Origin: Fidelibacterota bacterium
Lineage (GTDB): Bacteria; Fidelibacterota; Fidelibacteria; Fidelibacterales; Fidelibacteraceae
Direction: 5' to 3'
NCBI GenBank assembly: GCA_029931905.1
Contig: JAOZRH010000001.1
Coordinates: 19,031 to 83,030, forward strand
DNA length: 64,000 nt
The notes beneath the pieces are model-generated. The model searched no databases and had not been told where the DNA came from. It worked only from the letters and a program-made list of their open reading frames with translations. The position numbers and the translations under genes were made by a program. The first letter of the stretch is position 1. Each line of letters starts with the position of its first letter. Below, in pieces: positions 47,643 to 63,100 of the stretch.

Positions 47643-49853
47643 TTAATACAATCCTATCACTATGCCATTACCGACATTTCTGACCCCTTCCTTGAAGTCA
47701 TATAGTATAAAATCTTCCACATATCTATTCTTAAAATCGAAATCACCAAATGTAATGGAATATTGACTATCTATACCAGATACAATATTCACATTACTTA
47801 CATTCATTTCCTAATGATCTTTTAAGTTATATGCAAATGTGAATGATGATGTTTTATAATCATATTCAAGTTCAGTATTAAGTGAAATATTTATAAAATC
47901 GGCTGTGATTTGACCATAATAGTATCTAATGGTTACTAAAAATGTTTGAGTTGTATTATTAGCATATTGAGAATGGATAGTTCCATTTTTATTAAATTTG
48001 TTATAACGAAGTTGCTTATCAAATATGGAGTTGAATTCTCCAATATCATTATTAAATACATACACATTACCACGATCAACTTTTAAAAAATCTCCAATTC
48101 TAAAAAATTCATCTTCTTCCATAGATTTACACTTAAATGTAAATGACATAGTGAATTCATCACAATCATTAGAAATATTAGTTTTCATTGTTGTTGATTC
48201 TTGTAGTTTTGGTCTGGTCACACCAACGTCATTATCATATGTATTGTAATTAAAATTTGTATAATAGGATATACCATTTGCTAATCCACCAACTAAAACT
48301 TCTGCATCAGATGGGTTTGGGTATATAGTTTGATATTTATACTATTTTAGTGAAGTTGGAATCACAATATTCTCAGAATCAATACTAATGGAATATGTAC
48401 TAACTGTGTTTAAATTTATAAAGCCATCATCCAATATTGCATTTTTCTCAATCTATACTGGATTATTTGCTTTCCAAGTTTTCATATTATTAGTTTTTGT
48501 ATCATAAATTAAAAGGTGTGGAAATGTTGTTGGTTTATGTAATATTTTTTTCTAAACAATATACGATTTTAAACATACATCAATTGGATTAAATTCATTA
48601 TCATCTTCATTTATAGGTGCATCAATTTGAACAATTGTAGTATTTAATGAATTCTGTTTAAATAATGCTTCATTATTTTCATACCAGTTTGTCATTACAT
48701 TTTTATATTTCGAATCCTTATCATAAAATATAAATTGTTTTATTATTTCATCATCTTGACCTTCTTCGTATTTAAGTGTTAAGTTAATATTATTACCATC
48801 GGTTGTAGTAGAATAGTTTAAGTGGAGAATATTAAGAATATAGTTTGTTAAATTGTCATAATCCTCAATACCATTTGTTAGCATTGATCTAAATTTCAAT
48901 GAGTTTATAATATTAAAACTGTTATAATAAAAATTTGCAAATATATAATTTCTATTACTAAAAATATTATTTATACTATTTTCAATGCCAGTATCTTTAA
49001 TATTTGCTGGTAAGATATTGCTATATGACAAAAAATTAAAAGAATTTTCATCTCCTGATTTAAAATCTATAAAATATACAAAATCATTATACAAGATCTA
49101 ATTAGTTATAGCGGTATCAAATGTCGTAATTACTGTACTATCTTGTTTACTAATAATTGTGGTATATGGTTTTGCAATCTTATCATTTTCGGAGAATAAT
49201 AACTTATTATATCTAAATGTAATTGGGTTGTATATTCTATTATTAATAAAAAACTCTAATACATGATCTGTTTTAAATTTTTCATATATGACAATGTCAT
49301 CAAATAATATACAATTCATTTTAATAACAAGATCTGTTACAATATCATCTATATTAGCAAAGTTAATATCAACATCAGTAATTGATTTAAAATGTAGCTT
49401 AAAACTAATAGTTGATTTAAATGGTAGATTATTTACCTATGTTTCATCATAAATATGAACGTTTGATAAGTAATTTTTTGCTAATTTTTTGTCATATACA
49501 TAATCATATACATCTAAAATGACATCCATTGTAATATAATCGTCAACTTCATTATAGTTAGAAACAGAATTAAATTTATAAAAATATTTTTTAGTTAATG
49601 GTGTATATCCTATGTTATAATAAAATGCTAATTCATTATCAGACGTTATCATATGTGGTACAAAAAATCTTATATATAAATCAGAATAATCATCAACCAA
49701 TAACGTTGTATTAACCTATGAATAGTATTTTTCTACAGTATTATTGATTGTAAATTGTTCTTCAGAGTACATAACAATATTAAGCTTATTTATATATTCT
49801 TCTTTTAGGAAACCTGATTTGGTTGACCCAATTGGTATATAGTTTAATTTCAT
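47643..49853 (-). CDS. large hypothetical (virion-type) protein, 736 aa, 7 in-frame TAG
   Basis: Track ORFs 49437, 49098, 48552 and 47811 share one frame; I hand-checked the gaps. ATG at 49853 preceded by GAGGGGTAAAA. It overlaps the upstream stop as TAATG. TAA stop. Confidence 0.8.
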
Positions 49854-52048
49854 TATAATTTTACCCCTCTATCTAATTTATAAAATGCTACATCGTCACG
49901 ATTAAATTCTGCTTCTGCTTCTGCCATACTATTTACCATTATAGTACGAGGAGCTGTTGTCTAATATTTAAGTTCTACAGTCAGTGCTCTATAAATAGAA
50001 GCTTGAGTAACATTATATGCTTTCGAACCATCAGATCCTTCTGGTTTTGTCAATATCTTTACAATGAGATATCTGGTATCATCATGCATATTACCATTAA
50101 GCTGTTCATAAAATGAGTTATATAAAGTATAAGAACTTGTTGATTCACCATCCTGCTATTTATTCTAAGTTAAAGTAATTGCATTACTCTAATCTAATTG
50201 TTCTGGATAATAATTATTTTGTAAAGAAAACAATGCACTTTTATGTACTGGTTCGATTATATTATTGCCATTAGAATAATGTCTGGCTAATATTCTATTA
50301 CCATCACATTCTACAATTTCAAACATAAATTGCTATAACTGTGAACCTCGATATAACCAATCCCTTTCTTTATTAAGACCAATTAAAGTATCAACTTGTG
50401 CACCATAATCAACATTTTTTAATAACAGTTTAAAACCACCAAGATGATTATATTTTGTAATATTAACAGTATTGACCGCAGTCTTAGTAACAACTTTCAG
50501 CTCTGGTCCACTAAAAGACGTAGTCTATACTGTTAGTTCCTTTGGCTATATATCACTCATAGTTGATTGGTTTGGAAATTTGAAATTGTAATCATAATTG
50601 TTTATTACTTGATTTACTTTAATACTTTCCACACTATTTTGTGAAAATAATGTTTCATATTTATCTATGTCGTATAATAGTTCAAATTCTATATTATATG
50701 TTTCAATTTCATACAATTCTGAATATGCTTGATCTATAATAAAGTTTATTGTTTGTTTTGTATCTGGAATTGGCACATATATTTCTTCTATTATAGTAGA
50801 ATCATTTAATTCAGAATAATTGTTAATGTCATATGCAACTACCCTAACATTCATACCAATTATTAAATCACCATATTTAAAAGACCATTTATATAATGGA
50901 TTTACTTTACATGAAAAATGTGTATTTCCACTAACATATTCAACTTTAAAATTAGATAAAATGGTATTTCCTGATATATTGTTATTTGAAGATTTATATC
51001 TATAACTGATTTGTTTAATATCAGAAATTACACTTTCTAATGCATTATCATTCATATAGTATGCGTAATTGGTTTGATAAGACTGTATTACATCTGCATA
51101 TCTTCCAAAATTCTAAAATGACAATGTATTAACAGCTTCAGATTCTACTACCATTTTATAAGTAGTAAATACCTTATTATTTCTAAATATCTTATTTGAC
51201 CATGTTAAACCATCATAATTGTAACGCTGATATGATATGTGTTGCATTCTATACCACCGACTACTATACCATTTTCGTCCTCTAACGCGGTATCCATCAT
51301 ATAACAATTCCTATTCACCACTAACATCGTCAATGCCATAAATTTTAACATTTGTACTTGGTTTATATGCATCTGTTCTCTAATAAGCAACATTTGTAGC
51401 TCTACAGATTTCATTTAAATTGTCTGGATTATCTTTAATTAATAATTTGGCAGTGGGTGTAAGCTCAACTGCTTCCATTTCTAATGAAAATGTATTTATA
51501 TATGTTGGTTTTGAGAATGTACAGGTTAATGTAAAATTATTTTTTTCTCGATTTGATATTCCATATTGAACATTACCACCATTTGAAATTGGGTATATAA
51601 ATCTGGTAATCCGATTTTCTGATACGTTTTTAAATGTTTGCTACAATTCATTTTTTAATTTTGTAACTGATTCATATTCAGTACATCCAAAATCATAATT
51701 AATTGCAAGTTCTGCAAATGTGGAATTATTTTGATTAATTGATGATGGTATAACTAAAGGTTCTTTATCAATAATTGGTTCGGTTTTAAAAAAATCTGAT
51801 GTAATATTTGTAAATAAATCGTGATTTATTGTATCAGATGTTATTGGGTTTATATTTATATTAACTGTTCCAATTGGTGGACTATCTATTACCGGGATAA
51901 TATATTGTTCTAATTCACTTTTACTTATAACAAATGTTAGTTTGTCAAAATCGTGATTTAATACATTAGTAACATCAGTTGATTGCACTTGTTCACTTAT
52001 ATCTTTGAATTCAACTTTATTATTATTTATTATGAATTTATTTTTCAT
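49853..52048 (-). CDS. large hypothetical (virion-type) protein, 731 aa, about 11 in-frame TAG
   Basis: Track ORFs 51641, 51113 and 50546 share one frame. The 690-nt stretch 49856-50545 has no track ORF but is open except for 7 TAGs. TAA stop. Confidence 0.8.
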
Positions 52049-54501
52049 TTAATATACCATGTGCCATCTTGGTTTTGTTTTATTTTCATTGGTGTCAAAA
52101 TGGTAGCCGAAACGTCATCATCACTACAAATACCATTTGGTCTAAATTTAATATTATTAATTGGTGCATTAATAAGTGATTTTATTGTAATTGGATCTAC
52201 ATGTACATATGTATCATTCATAACAACAAACTTTTTTTCAAGATCTGATTTTGGTATTATATCATTCTATACATACTAATATGGATGCAATTCTAAAGAC
52301 TATGACAATGGTGTCTATTGTAAAGACTGTGTAGACGAATAATATTTTAATAGTATAAAATTATCATTTGTACTAATAGCTCTTTTTTGATCAAATGATA
52401 TAATTACATCTGACATGTCATTTGACAATTCGGTAGTTATGTTTACATTATCACCAATAATTTCATTGGTTTGTGAAATATTACTTGATCCAATAATCTT
52501 AGGTTGTAATTGTAGTTTATCAAATGTTGATAGAAAATATTTTGTCCCATCAATTTGATATACCATAATTAAACATATATTATTCATTAAATAATCAAAT
52601 GTGAAATTTTCAATGATTGTTTCATAAATAGATGCAGCATCTATATTTACTAAATCCATTTGTAATAAAATAGTTCCGTCTGTGGTTTCTAATGTAAAAT
52701 AATCCAAATTTGATATACTCTATTCATTTATAGAAGAATATGTATCTACAAGGTTAAATGGTGCTGCCCCTGATGATACTAAATGATCTAATGTTGATAA
52801 TCCTATATCATAATTAATGAGCATTTCATTTGGGTCAATAAGTGTGTAAAATTGGGCTTGTGATGATGCATATACTACAACATCACCCTGTGCTTGTTCA
52901 TATGTTAAGGCACCATCTACAACATATTTAGATAGGTCTGTCTGTACATATTTAAGCACATTTTTGTAATATATTGCCATTCCGGTATCAGATATCCCAA
53001 TTGCATGATGTCTTGAAAATGTAGTATATGAATAAAATATTTGTTTTTCAAGATCAGTTTTAAAATTGGAATCATTAAAATTGGAACCAACTATACAAAA
53101 ATATGTAGGATTTACACTTGAAACTTGAGGCTTAATATCATTTCTCTGAATTGTATCAAAATTTATAGTTAAACCTATTGTATACTTAAATGATTTATTA
53201 GGAACAATGTTAATATTTTTTACATTAATTCCAATTGAATCATATTGTTTGATCAAATCATTAATAATGTTAGTAAAATTCAACCAATTATTAATATATA
53301 AGGATTCTGAGTTATCTGTATCAATGGTATTTGTTATCTAACCTTTAAATATGTCCTATAATGAAATTAAATTGTTAATTGATTCAATATCTTTAAGTGC
53401 AATGTTAAATGGTTCTACATTAAAATCTGCTGTGCTATCATTATGAAATCCAGTAATAACATATTTATCTTGCTAAAATTCAACATTTTCTGAATCTATT
53501 GGTTTTTCAACATCAATTTTTAATATTGGAAAAATTTTACTAGTAAATTCTTCATTATACTCATGCTGTACATTTAAATAAAAAACGCTATCATCAATGA
53601 TATCAGATTCTTTTGTATCATACATGTGATTGATTTGTAATGTCGCTGTATGAACATCGCTAATTTTATAATTAACACCATCAGAACTTTGATATGTCTA
53701 ATTTACTTGACATTTTTTATTATCTCTATTATGGTATGTGATTCCATCAAAAACATATTTTGAATTTTGAGTTATATTCTCGGGTAAACAATTATTTTGT
53801 AAATCAATCTTATATGCAACATCTTTAAATATTTTAAAATAATCTAAATTTCCATATAATGTATTTTTATATGTATAGCTATTATAAGAATATGTTGGAA
53901 CGCGTTCAGCATAACCAATGGTAATATTTCCAGTATCATAAATATCTAAATCGATTTCATTTGGTGATGTAAAAAATGATTTATCTCTATATACCGATGT
54001 ATATTCAGAAGCCAAACCACTACCAATATCAAGACCAAACTCATTACCATCTCTACTTAAAATGACATTAAATGTTGTATTTGGTATTGTTGGGAGTTTA
54101 GCTGTTAAATGTATGAGAGGAACGTCACTCATATCATTTATTAACCAGTGTACAAACCCTCTATAAATGTAACATGCATGTGTATTGTAAAAATATGATT
54201 TTGTATCTTTATTAAAATGGTCATATAATAATATTGGATTATATGTAAAAATTGGAAAAAATGCATCATCTTCTGTACTCTACTATGATGTATCAAACAT
54301 ATCATTTCCATTTTTCTTAAATAGTGATGCATAATCAACTACAGAGTGATTATCAATTTCAGAATTTTCATCATATTTAGGATATGGTGATACCCTAAAT
54401 ACAATAGAAAATGCTCCGGTCCCAAGTTTCATATCAGAATGGGTTGTATTTACGTCAATTTTACGCAACTGCTTATATGATAATACTGGTTGAATTTTCA
54501 A
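52045..54501 (-). CDS. large hypothetical (virion-type) protein, 818 aa, about 11 in-frame TAG (start uncertain: TTG 54501 or ATG 54432)
   Basis: Track ORFs 54283, 53698, 52720 and 52315 share one frame. The TGA at 52045-52047 overlaps the next ATG (ATGA). A TAG-TAG pair lies at 54280-54285. Confidence 0.75.
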
Positions 54502-54544
54502 TGTTTATTAACCTATATAAATCCTTTTGTTAATTAATTTGATA

Positions 54545-57500
54545 TTATAGTAATATCTAATCATCAGGATAAATTCTTGGATAAAAACTCACATCAGGAT
54601 ATACATTATCTAAGTCATATGCTCTAATAATAAATGATGTTCCCTAATACGAATCATCTATGGTATCCGACGAACTTCTGTCTATCATAAAATATCCACA
54701 AAAATTATTATATGACCAGAAATTATAATTTGAATGAAGTCTTAATTTTGTAACACCATATAGAACAGCATAAAATTGCTATCTTTTGTGATATTCGGGC
54801 ATATGATAATAGTTATTTGGAAATATTCCAAGTGGCATTCTACCACTACCAATTGCACGTACTGCTGCACCAAATTCCCATAGTTCATATTGTGTATTCT
54901 AAAATCTATAAAAAACTACAATAGGAGCAATTGGTGCTTCTTCATTTTGAAGTTCATATGAATATGGAATAGTAACAATACGTTTGTGTTCAGCAATCTC
55001 AGTATTAAATTTCGAAGTTTTATAGTATTGTGTATCAGTATCAATTACATTTTTATTGAATGCTATACCATTTAGATTTATAGGATATTCTACACATGTC
55101 ACATCAAACTCTATCACATTTGTATTAGGATTATAATAATTTCCTTGTTGACATAACTATAGTGGGGGCAAATCTGTAGTAAATCTAGATCTAAAATACC
55201 GTTCACCATAATGTTGATATCGTTTATGCCCTTGTAAATCCTGTAGCAATTTACAACCAGTTTCACCACTATATGACAACCTAACATCCCATTTATCATA
55301 TCCAGATGTTGCAAATGGATCTGCTATTACATGAAGATGTGTAGTTGGTGTGGGTGAAGAAAAATTACAAAATTTAGAATATTCATTATTTATAATTACT
55401 TCAACTGATTTTTCTAATGTATCATCATTACCAAACATCATTAAATTGTGTAATACATAATTGTTGGTTGTTGATGTATGTAAATTAACATTAATAAGTC
55501 CAACATTAGTACCAGTAATCACAGTAGTATCAATTGATGTATTATCGATATAACACGTTTGGTCTGTTATAAATGTATCGATTGCTAATTTTAATTTTCC
55601 ATCAATACCATCTGTTCCATTTAAAGCAATATTACCACCCGATAACAGTATGGTTGGACATACACAAATATGCATATTGATTGGTTCATAATTTTGAAGA
55701 ATTGGATCTGTAAATGGTATGTCTTCCCAATCAGTACTATAAGTAAGGTGTATTGCTATACTACTGAATCCTTGATCACCGAGATCTGAATTTACAAGTT
55801 GCGGAATTGGCATATTTGCTAAATGGTTTGTAAAATTAAATGTTTCAACATGAGTACCTGACGTAATCACAATTTTTGAAATATTCATGGCATTTAAAAT
55901 AAGATCTTTATCAACACTATTATTTATATTATAATACCAATCGTTTTTAGCACCTTCATAATTATTACCCAATTTGTCAAAAAACCACATATGTGTTAAT
56001 TCAATATCAAATTTTGATATTAAAATATCACTATCTATTAATGTTGTAAATTGATCTTTATATAATGAGGATTCAATGCTATCTCGTTTTGTATATTGTA
56101 TTGAACCAACACTAGATTGTCCAACTTGTAAAATTCCATTTCCTAATGGTAGCATATGACCATAATAATCATGATAAGAACTTTTACCAATGCCATCCAT
56201 TAATAACATTTTATCATCTCGTATAATTCGTGTATCTAATGAATTATATGCATTCAAAATGTCTTCATTAGATTTTACTTTACCAACTTCATCAATAAAA
56301 AATGCCATATCAAGTTGAAGTTCATTCCCAAATCTATAAGATCCATCATAATCCACAAATCTATCAGTTATTAATTGAATTATTTTAATAACATTTTGAG
56401 TATTTAAAAGTGGAATAATATCAACATTAAATGTTGTAGTATCGGTAGAATTAACTTCAATTCTTCCCTCAATATCATCTGTAATAACATTATACGTATT
56501 ACGTTTTAGATTACCTGTTTGGTTTAATATTTGTTTTGATTTTTCAGATGAACCAAGAAGAAATCTTCGTTGACGTTTTTCATTTTCAATAGATGAATAA
56601 TCTAAGATTGTATATAATGGTGATGAATATTTCTCAGTAGAATTATATAAATAATTCATGTTATGTTCATGGAGATCTGTTAGCCACGGGAATATCCGTC
56701 TTGATATAATTATTGCAGATTCTGCTTCCTCTAATAACCCCATTGATACGAATGCTTCCATAGAACACAATAGTGATGTACAATCAATTTCAACAGTTTT
56801 CGTTGTAATGGGATCAACATCATTTGAAAATTTAATAAAATCTAATATTTCTCTATTTAAATCTATAACTTCATAATCAACTACAGTATCAAATGTAGTA
56901 GTATCTTGGTGTAATTTATATACTAATTTCTTAGCCAATGATGATACTGTAACCTTAATTTTACCATTTGTTATAATAGGATCAATAATTGGTGCATTCG
57001 GTAACATGTTATAAGCATGGGATTTTGACATAAGTGCATGTTCTCTACTTGATGAACTTATTCCATTTAATTTGATATGTAGTTTAATATCACCAAAAAG
57101 TATAAATTGATATTGTTGTTTACAATAAAAAGAATACTATGAAGGTAAATGTACAGTATCACTCTAACCCCATTGATCAGTTAGTGTAATTTCAAAAATG
57201 TTATTATCTTTATCATCTTGACTATGACCAATATGTAGATCATCTGTATAAAATAATATAGTTGGATGTTCGAATATGTAACTATAATATTTATTATTAT
57301 AATATGTTAATATATCAGGGACTTTGTTTTCTTGAGGTAATATATCAACATGATCATAAACCACATTAGACATCCACGTTATGGGATTTTGTAACACAGC
57401 ATTGCGTAATCTTGATATAAATACATTTCTACGGGGTAAACTTTCATGAGTTCCCCCGTACACAATAATATCATGCGTACCATCGGGTGCCTAAGCATTT

Positions 57501-57991
57501 GTCCAATATCTATCACGGATAAAGTCATCTTCGTCAATATGATCATATTTATTAAAGTCAGTTGATGTGATGGCTTTATTAAAAAATTCCCAAGGAATAA
57601 AATATTGGGACTGATAAAATAATACAGATGAATTTGTGTGATCTGACATTGCTATATATATTTCATCAATATCACTTTGATCTGGTGTAATACCGGATGT
57701 AGTATCAATAAAATCATTAGTAAGTGTATTTGTATATGTTATGGTAAATGGAATTGATTCAATTTCACCAAGTGGAGAATATTTGTCTTCCAATTTAAAA
57801 ATATAATAATTACATATACATGTACTATGGATAAGGATTGTTGTACTTTGTTTTTTTATATGATTCTATACATTTGGACTTATAGAATATGCAATTCCAT
57901 ATTCGTTTAAATTATCACCGGTTAAAGTAAGGTTTAATGAAATCGAATTTACATATGACCCAGTTGTATGTGAAGTTGTTATTTGTATCAT
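54545..57991 (-). CDS. giant hypothetical (virion-type) protein, 1148 aa, about 9 in-frame TAG
   Basis: Track ORFs 57491, 57164, 55157 (624 aa) and 54899 share one frame. ATG at 57991 preceded by AAGGAATTTTAA. TAA at 54545-54547. Confidence 0.85.
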
Positions 57992-58002
57992 TTAAAATTC
58001 CT

Positions 58003-60132
58003 TTAGTTAATATAGTTAGGATTTACCCACACAATATGCAGAATATATTGTCGTTCAGTAATAACATCAGTTGTTAGATCCCACACCCACTGTACATCTT
58101 CTGACCCTGCATAAAATTCATCAAAATTAGCATCTGATGGTGACAAACTAAAATAATCACCCTCTGGTTCTGTATAAAATCGTATATAACTAAGATCTGA
58201 AATGTCCTGACGTATATTACCATCTTTATCCACACCAATTCTAAATGTAAGTTTGGCATTCCCAGATACACCATCATACATAATTAAAATAATTGGTGTA
58301 TCATTGGTTGTATTTGTTGGTGTACATGAACCTAATGGAAGATCATCATCAAAATCAAGTACATATCCAGTTTTATTAAATTCCTAATATGCCATATCCA
58401 ATTGATGTGTAGTTTTAAAAACTGCATCCTATGTATTAACTGGTTCTACATAATCAACCTAATTAATATTAACCTATGCAATCGTTATAGTAAATGATCC
58501 CTGTGGTATACGACTGGAACTATCAGTTTCCTAACTCCAATATGCAGTATTATCAGAAGCCTCAAATAATGTTAAATTATCTGTATATGATGGGATTAAT
58601 GTGAGATCATATCCATCGCCTTTAATTTTGATATCACGGATTGCAACCTGTGTTTGGGGTAAATCACCATTTTCATTTTTATAAATACATATGAAATTCT
58701 CATATTCATTATTAGATTCTAACTCATAACTACCAATTTCTTTAATTTTATAACCATTGTAGGTTTCATTATTATCAATACTCCCATGTGTATTTGTCAT
58801 ATATTTGATTAATGTGGCATATTCTGGATCTACAATGGTGGTAAAATGGTGAACAGTATATATAAATTCATCCTAAGTATTTACAATAGCTTGTGGTGTA
58901 AGGCTTATAATTTCGCCACTCATTGGTGCTGATATAATTTCCCCTTCACCCTCACCATTATCTAAATCAATTGGATTAATATTTGTTGGTTTATTTGCTG
59001 CTTTAGTACTGATTTTAAATGGTGAAAATTGAATAACAGTACCATTGATAAATTCATTATCTGAACCAACTTCCTATTCACATTGTGGAGATGGGGTTAT
59101 ATCATTTCCATTTACTAAATTATTTCCAACATTAAAATTCCCAAAGATGGTATTCTACCAACCATGTTTCATTAATGTATATTCATCTCCGATATAATAT
59201 CTTAATATATTTTCAGTATAATGACTTTTTCCAACTGAATTTAATGCATTGATTTTTAATTGTGAACATTCATAATCTAAATTACCACCCACACCATCAT
59301 AATCCGCATATGCAGATCCACCAAGTATAATCAATTGTGGAATTGTTTCATGTTTAAATTTTACATTAACATTTTCATTATAATAACTGAAATATGTTGG
59401 TTGTAGTTTTGTAAAAGATCCATCTAATACCAATATTGGCGTTACCTGATTATTAATCTGTATAGTCTAATCAATACCAATCACATCCTATGAAACATCA
59501 CATGGGCGATCATATACAGTGGAATCTGCAGTTAATAAGCTATCATATATATTTTGGGGAATGGTAGTGTGCTCTTCTGGATTATCATATAAAAGAAGTG
59601 CATCTTTATATTTCATAAAAACGTTTTTAAATGCCTGATAATATAAACTACTATTTCCTTCATTAGTATCACGTTCAAGTACATTATGATTGGTTCCAAT
59701 AATATCAACTGCCAAATTGAATACCAGTGATTCATCTATAATAAAACGTGAAACTTGTGCAAATTGCGGTGCAGTTAATGTATTATTTGTTTCTAATTCC
59801 TATAACTATTTAAAACAATTACCAAATGAACCCCATTTAATATACAATTCTTCAAATGGAAATTCTTTTAAAGGAATCGTCATATCTTTAGTTACATCTT
59901 TAACAGAATAAAGAAATTCAAGTTCTGTAAAACCATTTTCTGTAAATAATTTATTTGGTGCGTATTGATATAGATATGTTCTCATTGCATTAGATCCTTC
60001 ATTATGAAGAATACTAAATTCTACATGATTTGATAATTCAGTAGTAGAATCTGCATCTATTCCAAATATCATACCATGTGCAGTTACAGCGTTGCTCATG
60101 TATACATTGAATGTATTAAAGTTATAAAACAT
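58003..60132 (-). CDS. large hypothetical (virion-type) protein, 709 aa, about 12 in-frame TAG
   Basis: Track ORFs 59806, 59488, 59155, 58531 and 58003 share one frame and are joined only by TAG. ATG at 60132 preceded by TAGGGAAATATAA. TAA stop. Confidence 0.85.
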
Positions 60133-60145
60133 TTATATTTCCCTA

Positions 60146-63100
60146 TTAACAGTATGTTTGATTAAATTCTGAAATAACATTTTCATTTTTTATAATACGA
60201 ATTACTTTATCACCAAACCATCTATTTCCAAATAACCTAATTTTTTCTAAATTAATCACATTGTTAATTATTATTTTAGAATATAAATGTCCATTAATTG
60301 AAATATAAAGGTGATTATCCAAATTTTTAATAGTAATGATTAAATTTTTTCTACTTACATCATTAAGTGAATCTTTTAATTTGGTTGAAATCACATTTGC
60401 ATCATATACACTGGACATTTGATTTTTACTAATCATTCTTGCTAAATCATATTTACTTTCAGAATTGATATAGTCTAACTCCGTTTGTGTTAATTCGTAA
60501 TTATAATATGCAATATATTTATTATGAAATCCTGCAATTCCACCATGACACTTTTCAACATATGATGTTGGTTCATGTGAATATGCACATGTAGTATCAA
60601 ATGAAATTTCTTCAACTAAATGGTCATAACTTGTATTATCCAATGTCAATCTCATCATCTCAGGACTTTTTTTCTTTTCTCTATTAATAATTAAAGAAAG
60701 TGCATAGTGATTACTATTAGGAGTTTCCGTTGGTACTATTTGTAAATTTGATAATTTAATTCCATAAAATTTAGAATCTTTGTAATCCTAAAATACTTCA
60801 CCTGCACCTAAGTACCAATCAGGATATGTCGAAGTATTATAAATTTTATCACTACTTAATCGTAAAATTCCAAATGCACAATCCATATACATTGCGTGAA
60901 ATGCATATAATTGGCGATTTTGACCCACTTTACCATATGAATGAAACATGTTCTAATATGCTAATATAAGTGCACTTCCAGCATCCCAATTTGATAACTA
61001 TGTAATTGCAGTAGATGTAAAATTTGTTACTGATTTATGTTCATAATTATATTTTGTCTATGACCAATTATCTTGTACACCTGTCTATTCACTTTCACTA
61101 TATAAACATAGGGGATCGAGCATAGCATGTATATCGATATCTGGCAGTTGCTCTGCTGTGTTATCAAGAAAAAAGGTTTTTCCCATCATAGTTGTCTAAT
61201 ACATATGTTTGTTAGATTGAGTTACATTAGTATTTTTTTGAAGTGCATTTTCAACTAAATTAAAAAATCTTATATCTATTGATGGTTCCATTATCATAAA
61301 TGCAATACATTTATTTGAATATTCACCATATTGCCATATATCAAAATTTTTGACTAAATGAGTATTATCTTTAAATAAATCAATATCTCTTGAAATTAAA
61401 TCATAATATAAAGTATTAAATGTAACAGAATCATTGAAAGATACTGAAATTCCGTCATTATTTAATACATTATCAAATATATTTTTTTGTCCAATTTCAT
61501 TTTCAATATTACCAACCGAATCACATAAAATATTTATAGTAAGTTCTTCTTTATCTAAAATAGTATAATTAGAAATGTCAATCTCAAGTGTATGGTCTAC
61601 ATTATCAGTTGCTGCTATGTTTAATGCCGTTGTATCAGAAACTGATGCTGTAGCATTCAATTCGTCTGAAATAGCATTAGATAGCATATTTTCATACGAC
61701 ATTTGTGAATTATAGAAAGGAATCACATTTGTAAATGTATTTAATGAATAATCAACAAATGTATATGCAGATTTTGAAGAAGATGACATTACATTTTTAT
61801 CTGCAATGATTGTTAAATTTATATCCAATACATCGATTGTAATATTTGAAGTAATATAATCAATGGATGCTTTACTATATGTGGTACCATCATCATCAAC
61901 AAAATGGTCAATTTCATAAGACGAAATGATTCCATTCATTACTGGTTTTAATCTATGATAGTGTCTAACTTGTTGATATGGAAATTTGCATAATGTATAT
62001 TCATTTGCACCATCAACAACAATTGCAGACAATGTTTTTGGTATTGTATTTTGTGATGTTATAAGATTTGTGATAAATGTATTATTATTATTATCAAGGG
62101 TGTCTAAGTCAATATTGTTATATTCAGTAATATCCTTTAATGTTATATATGGATCAGCTTTAAATGCTAATAGATCTTCTATAACCTTACCACCGACTGA
62201 TATATTAAACCGATCTGTCCCAGTTAATTTAATAAATGTGTCATTATTTATAAAATCGATCATATCATTCTATTTAATATAAAATGGCATTCTATAAACA
62301 GATGCATAATCATCTACAGTATTTCCTTTAAATTTGGTAATTAGCTTTTTATTTGTTAACGTATTTGTATTAAGTGAATCCAATGATATAAAGTTATTAA
62401 CAATACCAAAATGTGAAAGTTCAAATGCACCAGTAGAATCAACATCTACATCTATTGTCATTAAGGTTTTAAATGAATACATTGTTGTAGTAGAATCTAC
62501 TTCATTAACTTTAATTACATTACCAGAAATTTTATTAATTGAACCATTAATATCCTGTATCTCAACCAAATTAACATTTTTGTCAACTGAGTATAAATAT
62601 GTAATATTTTGATCAGACCCATTTTTAATAATTGAACTTTTCAAAATGTCATTGGAATTAGGTAAAATAATATTATGATTTGGGAAAATAACCCAATTAC
62701 CAACTTCTAAATATAATGGTGCAACATTTTTAATCATCGTTGCATTATGGGTAAGTGCATTTATCTATGTAGAATATTTAACTGCCATTTGATAATATAA
62801 TAATTTTGTGTTATCACCATTGTCATATATGCAATATGTTGATGGAATTTCTCTATAACCAACAACATCTACAATTGTATTATCAATCTACAATCTTCTT
62901 GAATTATCATTAAAAAAATAAGACGAATATCGCCAATCCATTGTTATATCAGATTGATTATAACTGGCAAATATGAGGTTGGTATCAATAGTTTCTTCAC
63001 TAAAATGAATACCATTATATACAAAATTTGTTAAATTTTTTAAATTTAAACCATCTATATTAGTTTCTATTTCAATAAAGTTCACAAACTCAAGTTTAAT

